A stretch of DNA of 60,710 bases from Nitrospira sp. Lineage in GTDB: Bacteria > Pseudomonadota > Gammaproteobacteria > Acidiferrobacterales > SPGG2. Shown here piece by piece: positions 47,739-56,099 of this stretch. A program made the position numbers and the translations under genes. Under the pieces are notes generated by a model. It was not told where the DNA came from. It searched no databases and saw nothing but the letters and a program-made list of their open reading frames with translations. The stretch covers positions 1 to 60,710 of the forward strand of contig VRUB01000001.1 of NCBI GenBank assembly GCA_019456345.1, written 5' to 3'. Numbering within the stretch: the first letter of the stretch is position 1; each line of letters starts with the position of its first letter.

Positions 47739-48892
47739 TGGACGCTGAGACCGGAGGCGCTCGCCTTGGCCCGCGCGCCGGTAACAGTAATTGCGTTACG
47801 ATGCAACAGCCAGACACGAAAGCAGAACGCGCACGCGCCGACGAAGAATACCAACGGCACATCCTCCAGGGCGTCTCCCGCACCTTCGCCTTGACGATCC
47901 CGCAGTTGCCTCCCGACCTGCGCCGGGTTGTGGGTAACGCGTACCTGCTGTGCCGCATCGCGGACACGATTGAAGACGAGCTCGCGCTTAGCGCCGAGCA
48001 GAAGCGTCGCTTCTCCCAGCAGTTCATCGATGCCGTCGACGCGAAGCTGTCCGCCGAGCGTTTTGCCTCCGAGTTGTCCCCCTTGCTTACCGAAAGCACG
48101 CTGCCAACGGAACGCGAATTGATCGAGAATACGGCGCGCGTGCTGCGCTTGACCCACAGCTTTACTGCCAACCAGCGCGATATACTCGCCCGCGCGGTGG
48201 CCATCATGGCCAAGGGCATGTCGGTGTTCCAGGCGAATAAAGACATCAATGGGCTCAAGGATCTGCCCCAGCTGGACAGCTACTGCTACTACGTCGCCGG
48301 GGTAGTCGGTGAAATGTTGACCGAGCTTTTTTGCGATTACTCGCGCGAGATCGACAGAAACCAGAATGCGATGATGAAGCTGGCCGTGTCCTTTGGTCAG
48401 GGGTTGCAGATGACCAACATCCTCAAGGACATCTGGGAAGACCGCACGCGCGGGGCATGCTGGTTACCGCAGGACGTGTTCAAGCAGGCGCGCTTCGACT
48501 TGAATGATCTGTCGAAAGACGAGCACGGCGAATCCTTCGAGGAGGGGCTGGAGCAGTTGATCGGTATCGCGCGCACGCACCTCGGGAACGCGTTGTCCTA
48601 CACTTTGATGATTCCGCGCAGCGAAAAGGGCATCCGGCGTTTTTGCCTGTGGGCGTTGGGCATGGCGGTGCTTACGCTGCGCAAGATCAACCGCCACCGC
48701 GGTTTTACGACGGGCAATGAAGTGAAGATCTCGCGGCGCAGCGTGCGCGCGACGATCGCGGCGACCAATATGCTGGTGAGCAACGATCGGCTGTTGAGAC
48801 TTTTGTTCAATGCTACCACGCGGGGATTGCCTCGATCGTCTTCCCGCGCGATCCCCGAGTCGCGCCGCGTCCGCCCGCACTCGATTAGCTAG
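47738..48892 (+). CDS. sqs: squalene synthase (farnesyl-diphosphate farnesyltransferase, single-enzyme Sqs type)
   Basis: Trimmed to the ATG at 47738. It has VSRTFALTIP, Asp-rich ADTIEDE and NILKDIWED, and YCYYVAGVVGEMLTELF, which resemble SQS rather than the HpnC/HpnD pair. Confidence 0.85.
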   Translation: MDAETGGARLGPRAGNSNCVTMQQPDTKAERARADEEYQRHILQGVSRTFALTIPQLPPDLRRVVGNAYLLCRIADTIEDELALSAEQKRRFSQQFIDAVDAKLSAERFASELSPLLTESTLPTERELIENTARVLRLTHSFTANQRDILARAVAIMAKGMSVFQANKDINGLKDLPQLDSYCYYVAGVVGEMLTELFCDYSREIDRNQNAMMKLAVSFGQGLQMTNILKDIWEDRTRGACWLPQDVFKQARFDLNDLSKDEHGESFEEGLEQLIGIARTHLGNALSYTLMIPRSEKGIRRFCLWALGMAVLTLRKINRHRGFTTGNEVKISRRSVRATIAATNMLVSNDRLLRLLFNATTRGLPRSSSRAIPESRRVRPHSIS

Positions 48893-49080
48893 TCCAGTAA
48901 AGAGCTTGTCCCTGCTCGCATGCATGAGTGTCTTGACCGAGATCGTCGCCGTGCCCCGTGACGCGCACCCCGCCCGCGGCGGGGCGCGGCGCGGGATTCT
49001 GCACCGCAGCAAAAAGCCTGCTAGAATTTTTGTGCATAACATAACGCCTTAACAAACCCCGTGGCTTACACCTTCTAACC

Positions 49081-49518
49081 GTGGCTGTTGCTAAAAAATT
49101 AGCTGACACCGGGCCTGCTCGATGCCGTTTCGCGATGCTCGTGATTGCGGCGTGGCTCGGGTTCGGCCAGGGGGGCCTGACTCTGGCCGAGGCGGTTACG
49201 CGCTCGCCGATCGCGGTCGTAAACTGGGCCCTGCTCGGCCTTGACTTCGATTATGAGAGATCGGCCATCCAGCCGACCGAGCGCATCGATGCCGGGCGCG
49301 AGACGCGAGCCTACCGGCCGCAGCGAATCATTATAGTGGAGGCGAGCCGCGACACATTCATTCCTAAAAGTGGCCGTGAAGCACTCTGGCACGCCATGGG
49401 GGAGCCAAGACGTGTGATTCGGCCCATCAATCAGGATGTGGGTTTTCTGACCGTCACCCCCTTGGGCGGCAATATCATGGCGCGCAGGATCTTCGATTTC
49501 CTGGATCAGGCGCTGTGA
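49081..49518 (+). pseudogene. in-frame, core-deleted paralogue of the 46701-47738 hydrolase
   Basis: The 145-aa ORF matches the N-terminal segment of the neighbour (LGLDFDYERSAIQPTERIDAGRETRAY vs LHLGFDYEKSVIQPNSYIDRERETKNY). It also matches the C-terminal segment (SGREALWHAMGEPRRV...LGGNIMARRIFDFLDQAL vs TSREALWQALGQPQRI...LGGNTMQRKIYQFLDETL). It lacks the ~200-aa middle that contains the Ser elbow. Confidence 0.55.
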
Positions 49519-49711
49519 CGCGGCGATTTCTAGTCACCGGCTACGCGGGCTTTGCACCGAAACCAGCGCCTTCGTACGTAGAGCAACAGCGAACACAATG
49601 TTAAAATCGCTGAGCCGCTGGACCTCGCTCGTGATACCCGGCACCGCCATGCTGGGCGCCGGCATCAGGCGAATCGGGGTGCTCCAGCGCATTGAAAAGG
49701 CTACGGTGTCC

Positions 49712-51694
49712 ATGTTAGATCGCGAATCGAAACGACCGGTTTCCTACCGGGATAACTGGCGGCTACGCGAGGTCCCCGAGACCCGGGACGAGCGGATCGC
49801 CCGGATTCCCGATCGCGACCTGGCGCGGGCAATCGAGTCGGCACGCGAGGCGTTGTTGGCGCTGCAACACGCCGAGGGCTACTGGTGCTTCGAGCTCGAG
49901 GCCGACTGCACGATTTCCGCCGAGTACATCTTGCTGATGCACTTTATGGGCGAGATCGACGAGGCGCTGCAGGCCAAGATCGCGGTGTACCTACGCGACC
50001 GTCAAGACACCCATGGCGGTTGGTCGCTGTACCCGGGCGGTGACTTCGACCTCAGTGGTTCGGTCAAGGTGTACTATGCGTTGAAGCTCACCGGCGATTC
50101 CCTTGATTTGCCGCACATGCACCGGGCGCGGGAAGCGATTCTCGGCCATGGCGGTGCCGCCTACAGCAACGTCTTTACTCGCATCACGTTGGCGTTGTTC
50201 GGGCAGATCCCTTGGCGTGGTGTTCCGTTCATACCGGTGGAGATCATGCTGCTGCCGCGCTGGTTTCCTTTTCATAGCAGCAGGGTGTCGTACTGGTCAC
50301 GAACCGTGATGGTTCCGCTGACGATCTTGTACAGCCTGAAAGCACGCGCGAAGAACCCGACCGGAGTCAGTATCGACGAGCTGTTCACCGTGCCGCCCGA
50401 GCAGGAACGAAATTATTTTCCCGTACGTTCACGGCTCAATCGCGTTTTGCTCGCGGTCGAGCGCAGCGCCCGCCGGCTTGAGCCCCTGATCCCCGGCTGG
50501 GTGCGGCGCCGAGCCATCAAGAAGGCGGAAGCTTGGATTATCGAACGGTTGAATGGCAAGGACGGGCTGGGGGCGATTTTTCCGGCAATGGTCAATGCTC
50601 ACGAGGTAGTGGCGCTGCTGGGCTACCCGCCGGAGCACCCCTATCGCCTGACGACGAAGGCGGCGCTGCAAAAGCTCCTGGTGATCGGCGAGCGCTCAGC
50701 CTACTGTCAACCCTGTGTCTCGCCGGTGTGGGATACGGGGCTGGCGTGCCTGGCGTTGCACGAAGCCAATGGCGGCAAGGCAACGCCCGAAACGCTGGGC
50801 GCGCTGGATTGGCTCAAATCCAAGCAGCTACTCGCTCAACCCGGCGACTGGAGCGAGGACCGGCCGACGCTCCGGCCGGGCGGGTGGCCGTTTCAGTTTG
50901 GCAACGACTACTATCCCGATCTTGATGATGCGGCGCTTGTGGCCTGGGTTATGCACGAGATCGGAGACGAACGCTATGGCGAGTCGATCGACCGTGCGGC
51001 GGAATGGTTGTGTGGCATGCAGTCCAAGAACGGCGGCTTCGGGTCGTTCGATGCCGACAACACTTGTTATTACCTGAACGAGATTCCCTTTGCCGACCAC
51101 GGCGCGTTGTTGGATCCGCCGACCGCCGATGTGAGCGCCCGTTGCGTCACTTTGTTCGGACGGTTGGGTAGAAGCGAGTATGCGGAATGCTTGCGTCGGT
51201 GTTTGGACTATTTGCGCGAGGAACAAGAACAAGACGGTTCCTGGTTTGGACGCTGGGGCACGAACTACATCTACGGCACCTGGTCGGTCCTGATTGCGCT
51301 GGAACAAGTGGGTGCGCCCAAGATGCAGCCTTTCATCCGCCGCGCCGTCGAGTGGCTCAAGTGGATCCAGCGGCCCGACGGCGGCTGGGGGGAGACCAAC
51401 GACTCCTACCTCTACCCGGATCAGGCCGGTAAGGCAGAGGCGAGCACCGCGTTTCAGACGGCATGGGCCATGCTCGCGTTAATGGCGGCCGGCGAAACGC
51501 ATTCATCCGAGATCCGGCGCGGGGCTGACTTTCTATTGCGCACGCAGCAGGCGGACGGTTTCTGGAATGACCCGGTGTTTACCTGTCCCGGATTTCCGCG
51601 GGTGTTTTATCTCAAATATCACGGATACCAGAAGTTCTTCCCGCTGTGGGCGCTTGCGCGCTATTACAACTCGCGAAAGCCCAAGGCACTTTGA
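49712..51694 (+). CDS. shc: squalene-hopene cyclase
   Basis: DLDD (DxDD) protonation motif and multiple QW repeats (QDTHGGW, QEQDGSWFGRWG, QRPDGGWGE, QQADGFW). Start taken at the ATG at 49712; the ORF is open from 49598. Confidence 0.92.
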   Translation: MLDRESKRPVSYRDNWRLREVPETRDERIARIPDRDLARAIESAREALLALQHAEGYWCFELEADCTISAEYILLMHFMGEIDEALQAKIAVYLRDRQDTHGGWSLYPGGDFDLSGSVKVYYALKLTGDSLDLPHMHRAREAILGHGGAAYSNVFTRITLALFGQIPWRGVPFIPVEIMLLPRWFPFHSSRVSYWSRTVMVPLTILYSLKARAKNPTGVSIDELFTVPPEQERNYFPVRSRLNRVLLAVERSARRLEPLIPGWVRRRAIKKAEAWIIERLNGKDGLGAIFPAMVNAHEVVALLGYPPEHPYRLTTKAALQKLLVIGERSAYCQPCVSPVWDTGLACLALHEANGGKATPETLGALDWLKSKQLLAQPGDWSEDRPTLRPGGWPFQFGNDYYPDLDDAALVAWVMHEIGDERYGESIDRAAEWLCGMQSKNGGFGSFDADNTCYYLNEIPFADHGALLDPPTADVSARCVTLFGRLGRSEYAECLRRCLDYLREEQEQDGSWFGRWGTNYIYGTWSVLIALEQVGAPKMQPFIRRAVEWLKWIQRPDGGWGETNDSYLYPDQAGKAEASTAFQTAWAMLALMAAGETHSSEIRRGADFLLRTQQADGFWNDPVFTCPGFPRVFYLKYHGYQKFFPLWALARYYNSRKPKAL

Positions 51695-52398
51695 CCCGTC
51701 TGGGCGTCGTCGTCGCACTGCCGGCAGAAGCACGTACCCTCCTAAACGAGCCAATCCAACCCGGTGGGCGCGCCGCGCGCGGCGATGGGTTCGTGCAACT
51801 CTGCGGGATCGGAACCGCCCGTGCCCGCGATGCTGCAGGCGCACTGCTCGAAGCCGGAGCCACCGCCTTGCTGAGTTGGGGCACCTGCGGTGGGCTTGAC
51901 ACCGCGTTGGCTGCCGGGAGTCTGGTTCTGCCGGAGACCGTCGTCTCCTCGACGGGTGCGGTCTTTGGCGTCGAACCGGCCTGGCGCGAGCGTGTTTCCC
52001 GCTGCCTGGCGCGGCATATCGACTATAGTCATGGGCCGCTGGTAGAAAGTCGCTCGGTCTTGGGAAGACCGGCGGACAAGAGCGCACTGTCGCGAGCCAC
52101 CGGCGCAGTGGCGGTCGATATGGAGAGTGCCGCGGTGGCGGAGGTCGCGCGCACCGCCGGCGTCCCGTTCCTGATCGTTCGCGCCGTGCTCGACCCGGCC
52201 AAGCGCACGATACCGGTCGGTATTCTGCGCGCCGCCGACCCGTACGGGCGCGTACGCGGTTTGCCACTGCTACAGGCCTTGCTATCGCGCCCGCACACCT
52301 TGATCGATCTGTGGCAGCTGCGCTCGGATCTGCGCGCGGCGCAGGCGACCCTGGCCAGTGTTGCGCGATTAGCGGGCCGTAACTTGTTGGCTCAATAG
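51691..52398 (+). CDS. hpnG: hopanoid-associated phosphorylase / adenosylhopane nucleosidase
   Basis: PNP/UDP-phosphorylase-fold motifs (GVVVALPAEA, SWGTCGGL, AVDMESAAVA). TTG at 51691 overlaps the shc stop as TTGA; the ORF is open from 51646. Confidence 0.85.
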   Translation: MTRLGVVVALPAEARTLLNEPIQPGGRAARGDGFVQLCGIGTARARDAAGALLEAGATALLSWGTCGGLDTALAAGSLVLPETVVSSTGAVFGVEPAWRERVSRCLARHIDYSHGPLVESRSVLGRPADKSALSRATGAVAVDMESAAVAEVARTAGVPFLIVRAVLDPAKRTIPVGILRAADPYGRVRGLPLLQALLSRPHTLIDLWQLRSDLRAAQATLASVARLAGRNLLAQ

Positions 52399-52608
52399 GA
52401 AGCCGAGATAAAGGGCAAGATAGAGTCAGAGAGAAATCACACGTGCAAATCCTCTACCAGGGTTAGAACACAGGGTAAGAGTTAAGAAAACGATACGGAT
52501 TCCCGTTTGGTGTTCGTGTTGTTTCCTGGTTTTTCTTGTATCTTCTTACCCGTATGTTGCCACTTGCATCTCGTATCTGATTTTTACTTGAATCTTGCGA
52601 CTGTTTTT

Positions 52609-53601
52609 ATGAAAACTCTTGTCACAGGCGCTTCGGGTTTCATCGGCTCGGCGGTGGTACGCGGGCTGATCGCTGCCGGCCACGACGTGCGCGTGCTGCT
52701 TCGGGTACAGAGCGATCGCGCCAATGTCGCCGGCTTGCCGGTGGAGATCGTGACCGGCGATCTCACCGACAAGGCCTCGTTGGAGCGCGCGCTGAACGGC
52801 TGCCGGGCGTTATTTCACGTGGCCGCCGACTACCGTATGTGGGTACCCGACCCGGATCGGCTATACGCCATCAACGTGACCGGAACGCGCGACATCATGC
52901 AGGCCGCCATGGCGGCCGGTGTGGAGCGTGTCGTCTATACGAGCAGCGTGGCGACCCTTGGCCTTCACAGCAACGGTGCGCCGGCCGACGAAGATACGCC
53001 GGTAAGCCTGGCCGACATGATCGGCCACTACAAGCGTTCGAAGTACCTTGCCGAGGAAGAGGTCCGGCGCCTGGTGCGCGAGGAGGGCTTGCCCGCCGTG
53101 ATCGTGAATCCCTCGGCGCCGATCGGACCGCGTGACATCAAGCCCACGCCCACGGGGCGCATCATCGTGGAAACCATGTGCGGGCGCATGCCGGCCTATG
53201 TCGACACTGGACTGAACCTGGTGCACGTGGACGACGTTGCCACCGGCCACCTGCTGGCTTTCGAGCGTGCGCAGGTGGGCGAGCGCTACGTGCTCGGCGC
53301 GCAAAACATGACGCTGAAACAAATCTTGGCCGAGATTGCCCGGCTTAGCGGCCGGCGCCCGCCGCGAATACGGTTGCCGCACGGCGTCATTCTGCCCATG
53401 GCTTATGTTGCCGAAGCCTGGGCGCGGATCACGGGCGCAGCCGAGCCGCGCGTTAGCGTCGACAGCGTTCGCTTGTCGAAGAAAACCATGTTCTTCTCGA
53501 TCGAAAAGGCCAGGCGCGAGCTCGGCTTCGCCCCGCGGCCTGCGGCCGAGGCACTGGCCGATGCCGTGCGCTGGTTCCGCGAGCACGGCTACTGCAACTG
53601 A
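52609..53601 (+). CDS. hpnA: hopanoid-associated NAD-dependent sugar epimerase/dehydratase
   Basis: Trimmed to the ATG at 52609 (MKTLVTGASGFIGS). Rossmann motif plus the YKRSK catalytic motif. Confidence 0.88.
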   Translation: MKTLVTGASGFIGSAVVRGLIAAGHDVRVLLRVQSDRANVAGLPVEIVTGDLTDKASLERALNGCRALFHVAADYRMWVPDPDRLYAINVTGTRDIMQAAMAAGVERVVYTSSVATLGLHSNGAPADEDTPVSLADMIGHYKRSKYLAEEEVRRLVREEGLPAVIVNPSAPIGPRDIKPTPTGRIIVETMCGRMPAYVDTGLNLVHVDDVATGHLLAFERAQVGERYVLGAQNMTLKQILAEIARLSGRRPPRIRLPHGVILPMAYVAEAWARITGAAEPRVSVDSVRLSKKTMFFSIEKARRELGFAPRPAAEALADAVRWFREHGYCN

Positions 53602-53610
53602 GTCCACCGC

Positions 53611-54255
53611 ATGCCAAACCCGACCAAGACAGACAACTCCTTTCTGTGGCTGCTGGCGCTCACGCTGGCGGGTGCATTTGTCTGGTCGGCCGTCGATCCG
53701 CATGACCGCCTGACCTGGGTACTCGAGGTGGTGCCGGTGGTGATCGGCGTCGTCATTTTGGTCGCCACGTACCGGGCCTTCCGTTTCACCAATCTGGCCT
53801 ATGCGATGATAGGGTTGCACGCGCTGATCCTGCTGGTCGGGGGGCACTATACGTACTCCGAGGTCCCGCTGTTCAATTGGGTGAGAGATACGCTTGAGCT
53901 TTCGCGCAACCATTACGACCGCGTGGGCCATCTTGCCCAAGGATTCTTTCCCGCCATCATCGCGCGCGAGATCCTGATACGCCGCTCGCCCTTGGAGCCG
54001 GGCAAGTGGCTGTTCGTCATCGTCACCTGTATTGCCTTGGCGATCAGCGCGTTCTACGAAATGATCGAGTGGTGGGTCGCCGTGATCAGCGGCACCGCCG
54101 CCACGGCGTTCCTCGCGACTCAGGGCGACGTGTGGGACACCCAGTGGGACATGTTTATGGCCCTGTGTGGGGCGGTGCTGGCGCAGCTGCTCCTGGGTCG
54201 GGCGCACGATCGCGCACTGGCGCGCCTGCGCGGCGCGGGCGTGCGGGCACCTTAG
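53611..54255 (+). CDS. DUF2238/YjdF-like inner-membrane protein
   Basis: 214 aa with about 6 TM segments, [16 protein letters not shown] and YEMIEWW blocks as I recall them from the YjdF family. Confidence 0.75.
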   Translation: MPNPTKTDNSFLWLLALTLAGAFVWSAVDPHDRLTWVLEVVPVVIGVVILVATYRAFRFTNLAYAMIGLHALILLVGGHYTYSEVPLFNWVRDTLELSRNHYDRVGHLAQGFFPAIIAREILIRRSPLEPGKWLFVIVTCIALAISAFYEMIEWWVAVISGTAATAFLATQGDVWDTQWDMFMALCGAVLAQLLLGRAHDRALARLRGAGVRAP

Positions 54256-54310
54256 TCCGGGCCCCGCGGGGCTGCGGCTGGAGGCCATCGGTACCCGCTG
54301 ATATGATCGT

Positions 54311-54350
54311 TTTCTCTGCGCTTTGTGCCGCCTTGGTGGTGAACGCGTGC
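54311..54350 (-). repeat. partial, degenerate third copy of the dispersed repeat
   Basis: tttctctgcgctttgtgccgccttggtggtgaacgcgtgc versus copy B tttctctgcgatctttgcgctctctggagtgagttcgtgca. There is an exact 10-nt seed, and roughly three quarters of positions match by eye. Confidence 0.45.
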
Positions 54351-54521
54351 GTTGGGACTAGGCCGGCCGGGGCCAGTTGTGGAATAATCCTCATGTTCCA
54401 GCGGAGGCACTTGGGCGGCGCAGTATGCGGACCGTCTTTTTGCGTGTCTCCGTGGTTGCGGCCCCGCAGCGGGGCACAAAGGCTACCACTCAATGACACA
54501 GTTCTACCCCAGGAGCTAACA

Positions 54522-55571
54522 ATGGATAGCAACAAGGCCAAAGCGCTGAGTGCAGCACTCGGTCAGATCGAAAAGCAGTTCGGCAAGGGCGCGGTCATGC
54601 GCCTCGGCGATGCGGAGAGGGTTCAGAATATCGATACCGTGCCGACGGGATCGCTTGGACTGGACATAGCCTTAGGGATCGGCGGCCTGCCGCGAGGCCG
54701 GGTTGTGGAGATCTACGGCCCCGAGGCCTCGGGAAAGACCACCCTCGCCTTACAGGCGGTGGCAGAGGTGCAGAAGGCCGGCGGTACCGCTGCCTTTGTG
54801 GATGCAGAGCATGCGCTCGATCCGAACTACGCGGAGCGACTCGGTGTGAACGTCGACGACCTGCTGGTGTCGCAGCCCGACACCGGTGAGCAGGCGCTGG
54901 AAATCACGGACATGCTGGTGCGCTCAGGCGCCGTCGGAACGGTGGTGATCGACTCGGTCGCGGCGCTCACGCCGAAGGCCGAGATCGAAGGGGAGATGGG
55001 CGACTCACATATGGGTCTGCAGGCGCGTCTGATGTCGCAGGCGTTGCGCAAGCTCACCGGGAACATCAAGCGCTCCAACACGCTGGTGATCTTTATCAAT
55101 CAAATTCGCATGAAGATCGGCGTGATGTTCGGCAACCCCGAGACCACGACGGGCGGGAACGCGCTGAAGTTCTACGCCTCGGTCCGGCTGGACATTCGCC
55201 GCATCGGCGCGATCAAGAAAGGTGAGGAAATCATCGGCAACCAGACGCGGGTGAAAGTAGTCAAGAACAAGCTGGCGCCGCCGTTCAGGAAATGCGAGTT
55301 CGATATCCTTTATAATGAAGGTATTTCCAAGGAAGGCGAGCTCATCGATCTCGGTGTCGCTGAAGGGATTGTGGATAAATCGGGTGCCTGGTATAGCTAC
55401 AATCGCGACCGCATCGGCCAGGGAAGGGACAATGCGCGCCAGTTCCTGAAGGACAAGCCCGAGATCGCAGCCGAAATCGAGGCCCGTATCCGCGAGAAGC
55501 TCAATATCGGCACCCGCGCGGGCCCGGCTGTGGTGGCCGAGGAGGGGCTGGCCGAGGAGGTGGAGGCCTGA
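54522..55571 (+). CDS. recA: recombinase RecA
   Basis: aggag SD, then ATG at 54522 ([29 protein letters not shown]). Walker [10 protein letters not shown]. Confidence 0.97.
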   Translation: MDSNKAKALSAALGQIEKQFGKGAVMRLGDAERVQNIDTVPTGSLGLDIALGIGGLPRGRVVEIYGPEASGKTTLALQAVAEVQKAGGTAAFVDAEHALDPNYAERLGVNVDDLLVSQPDTGEQALEITDMLVRSGAVGTVVIDSVAALTPKAEIEGEMGDSHMGLQARLMSQALRKLTGNIKRSNTLVIFINQIRMKIGVMFGNPETTTGGNALKFYASVRLDIRRIGAIKKGEEIIGNQTRVKVVKNKLAPPFRKCEFDILYNEGISKEGELIDLGVAEGIVDKSGAWYSYNRDRIGQGRDNARQFLKDKPEIAAEIEARIREKLNIGTRAGPAVVAEEGLAEEVEA

Positions 55572-55581
55572 GCCGGCGCCT

Positions 55582-56031
55582 ATGGATGCAGGGCGCGCCA
55601 AGCATAAAGCGCTCGAGTTACTCGCGCGGCGCGAGCACAGCGGACATGAGTTGCGCACTAAGCTCGTGCGCAAGGGCTGCCCGGAGGCACTGGCGAATAA
55701 TGTGGTTTCCGAGCTCGAGGCCGCACGGCTGGTGTCCGACGAGCGCTTTGCTGAGACCCTGGTTCGGGTGCGGACCGAACGCGGACATGGCCCGCTGCGC
55801 ATCGAGCGCGAGCTGCACGACAAGGGAGTCGATGCCGAGCTGATCAAGACGGTGCTCGACAGCAGCGACCCGCTGTGGCTGGATCTGGTCCGGCGTATTC
55901 GCAGAAAAAAGTTTGGCAAGGCGGCAATCAAGGATTACAAGGAACGCGCCAGACAGGCGCGTTTTTTACAGTATCGTGGGTTTACTTATGATCAAATACA
56001 GCGGGCGTTGACGTCGGATGAGTCAGACTAA
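55582..56031 (+). CDS. recX: RecA regulator RecX
   Basis: 149 aa with RecX helical repeats (ALELLARREHSGHELRTKL...) immediately after recA. Confidence 0.9.
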   Translation: MDAGRAKHKALELLARREHSGHELRTKLVRKGCPEALANNVVSELEAARLVSDERFAETLVRVRTERGHGPLRIERELHDKGVDAELIKTVLDSSDPLWLDLVRRIRRKKFGKAAIKDYKERARQARFLQYRGFTYDQIQRALTSDESD

Positions 56032-56099
56032 ACCAAGGGAGAGGGAGCGGAGCGAAGTTTGGATGGGCTGAGTAACCCGCCGTGCGTGGCTGAAGCACT

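Noticed and set aside
52861-54288. 475-aa ORF antisense to hpnA and the DUF2238 gene
   Set aside because: It spans two independently supported plus-strand genes and their spacer. The composition is Arg/Gly/His-rich and no motifs are present. It is a shadow ORF.
54256-54521. LexA/SOS box upstream of recA
   Set aside because: No CTG-N10-CAG was found by eye. cactcaatgacacag has the wrong spacing and only one good half-site.
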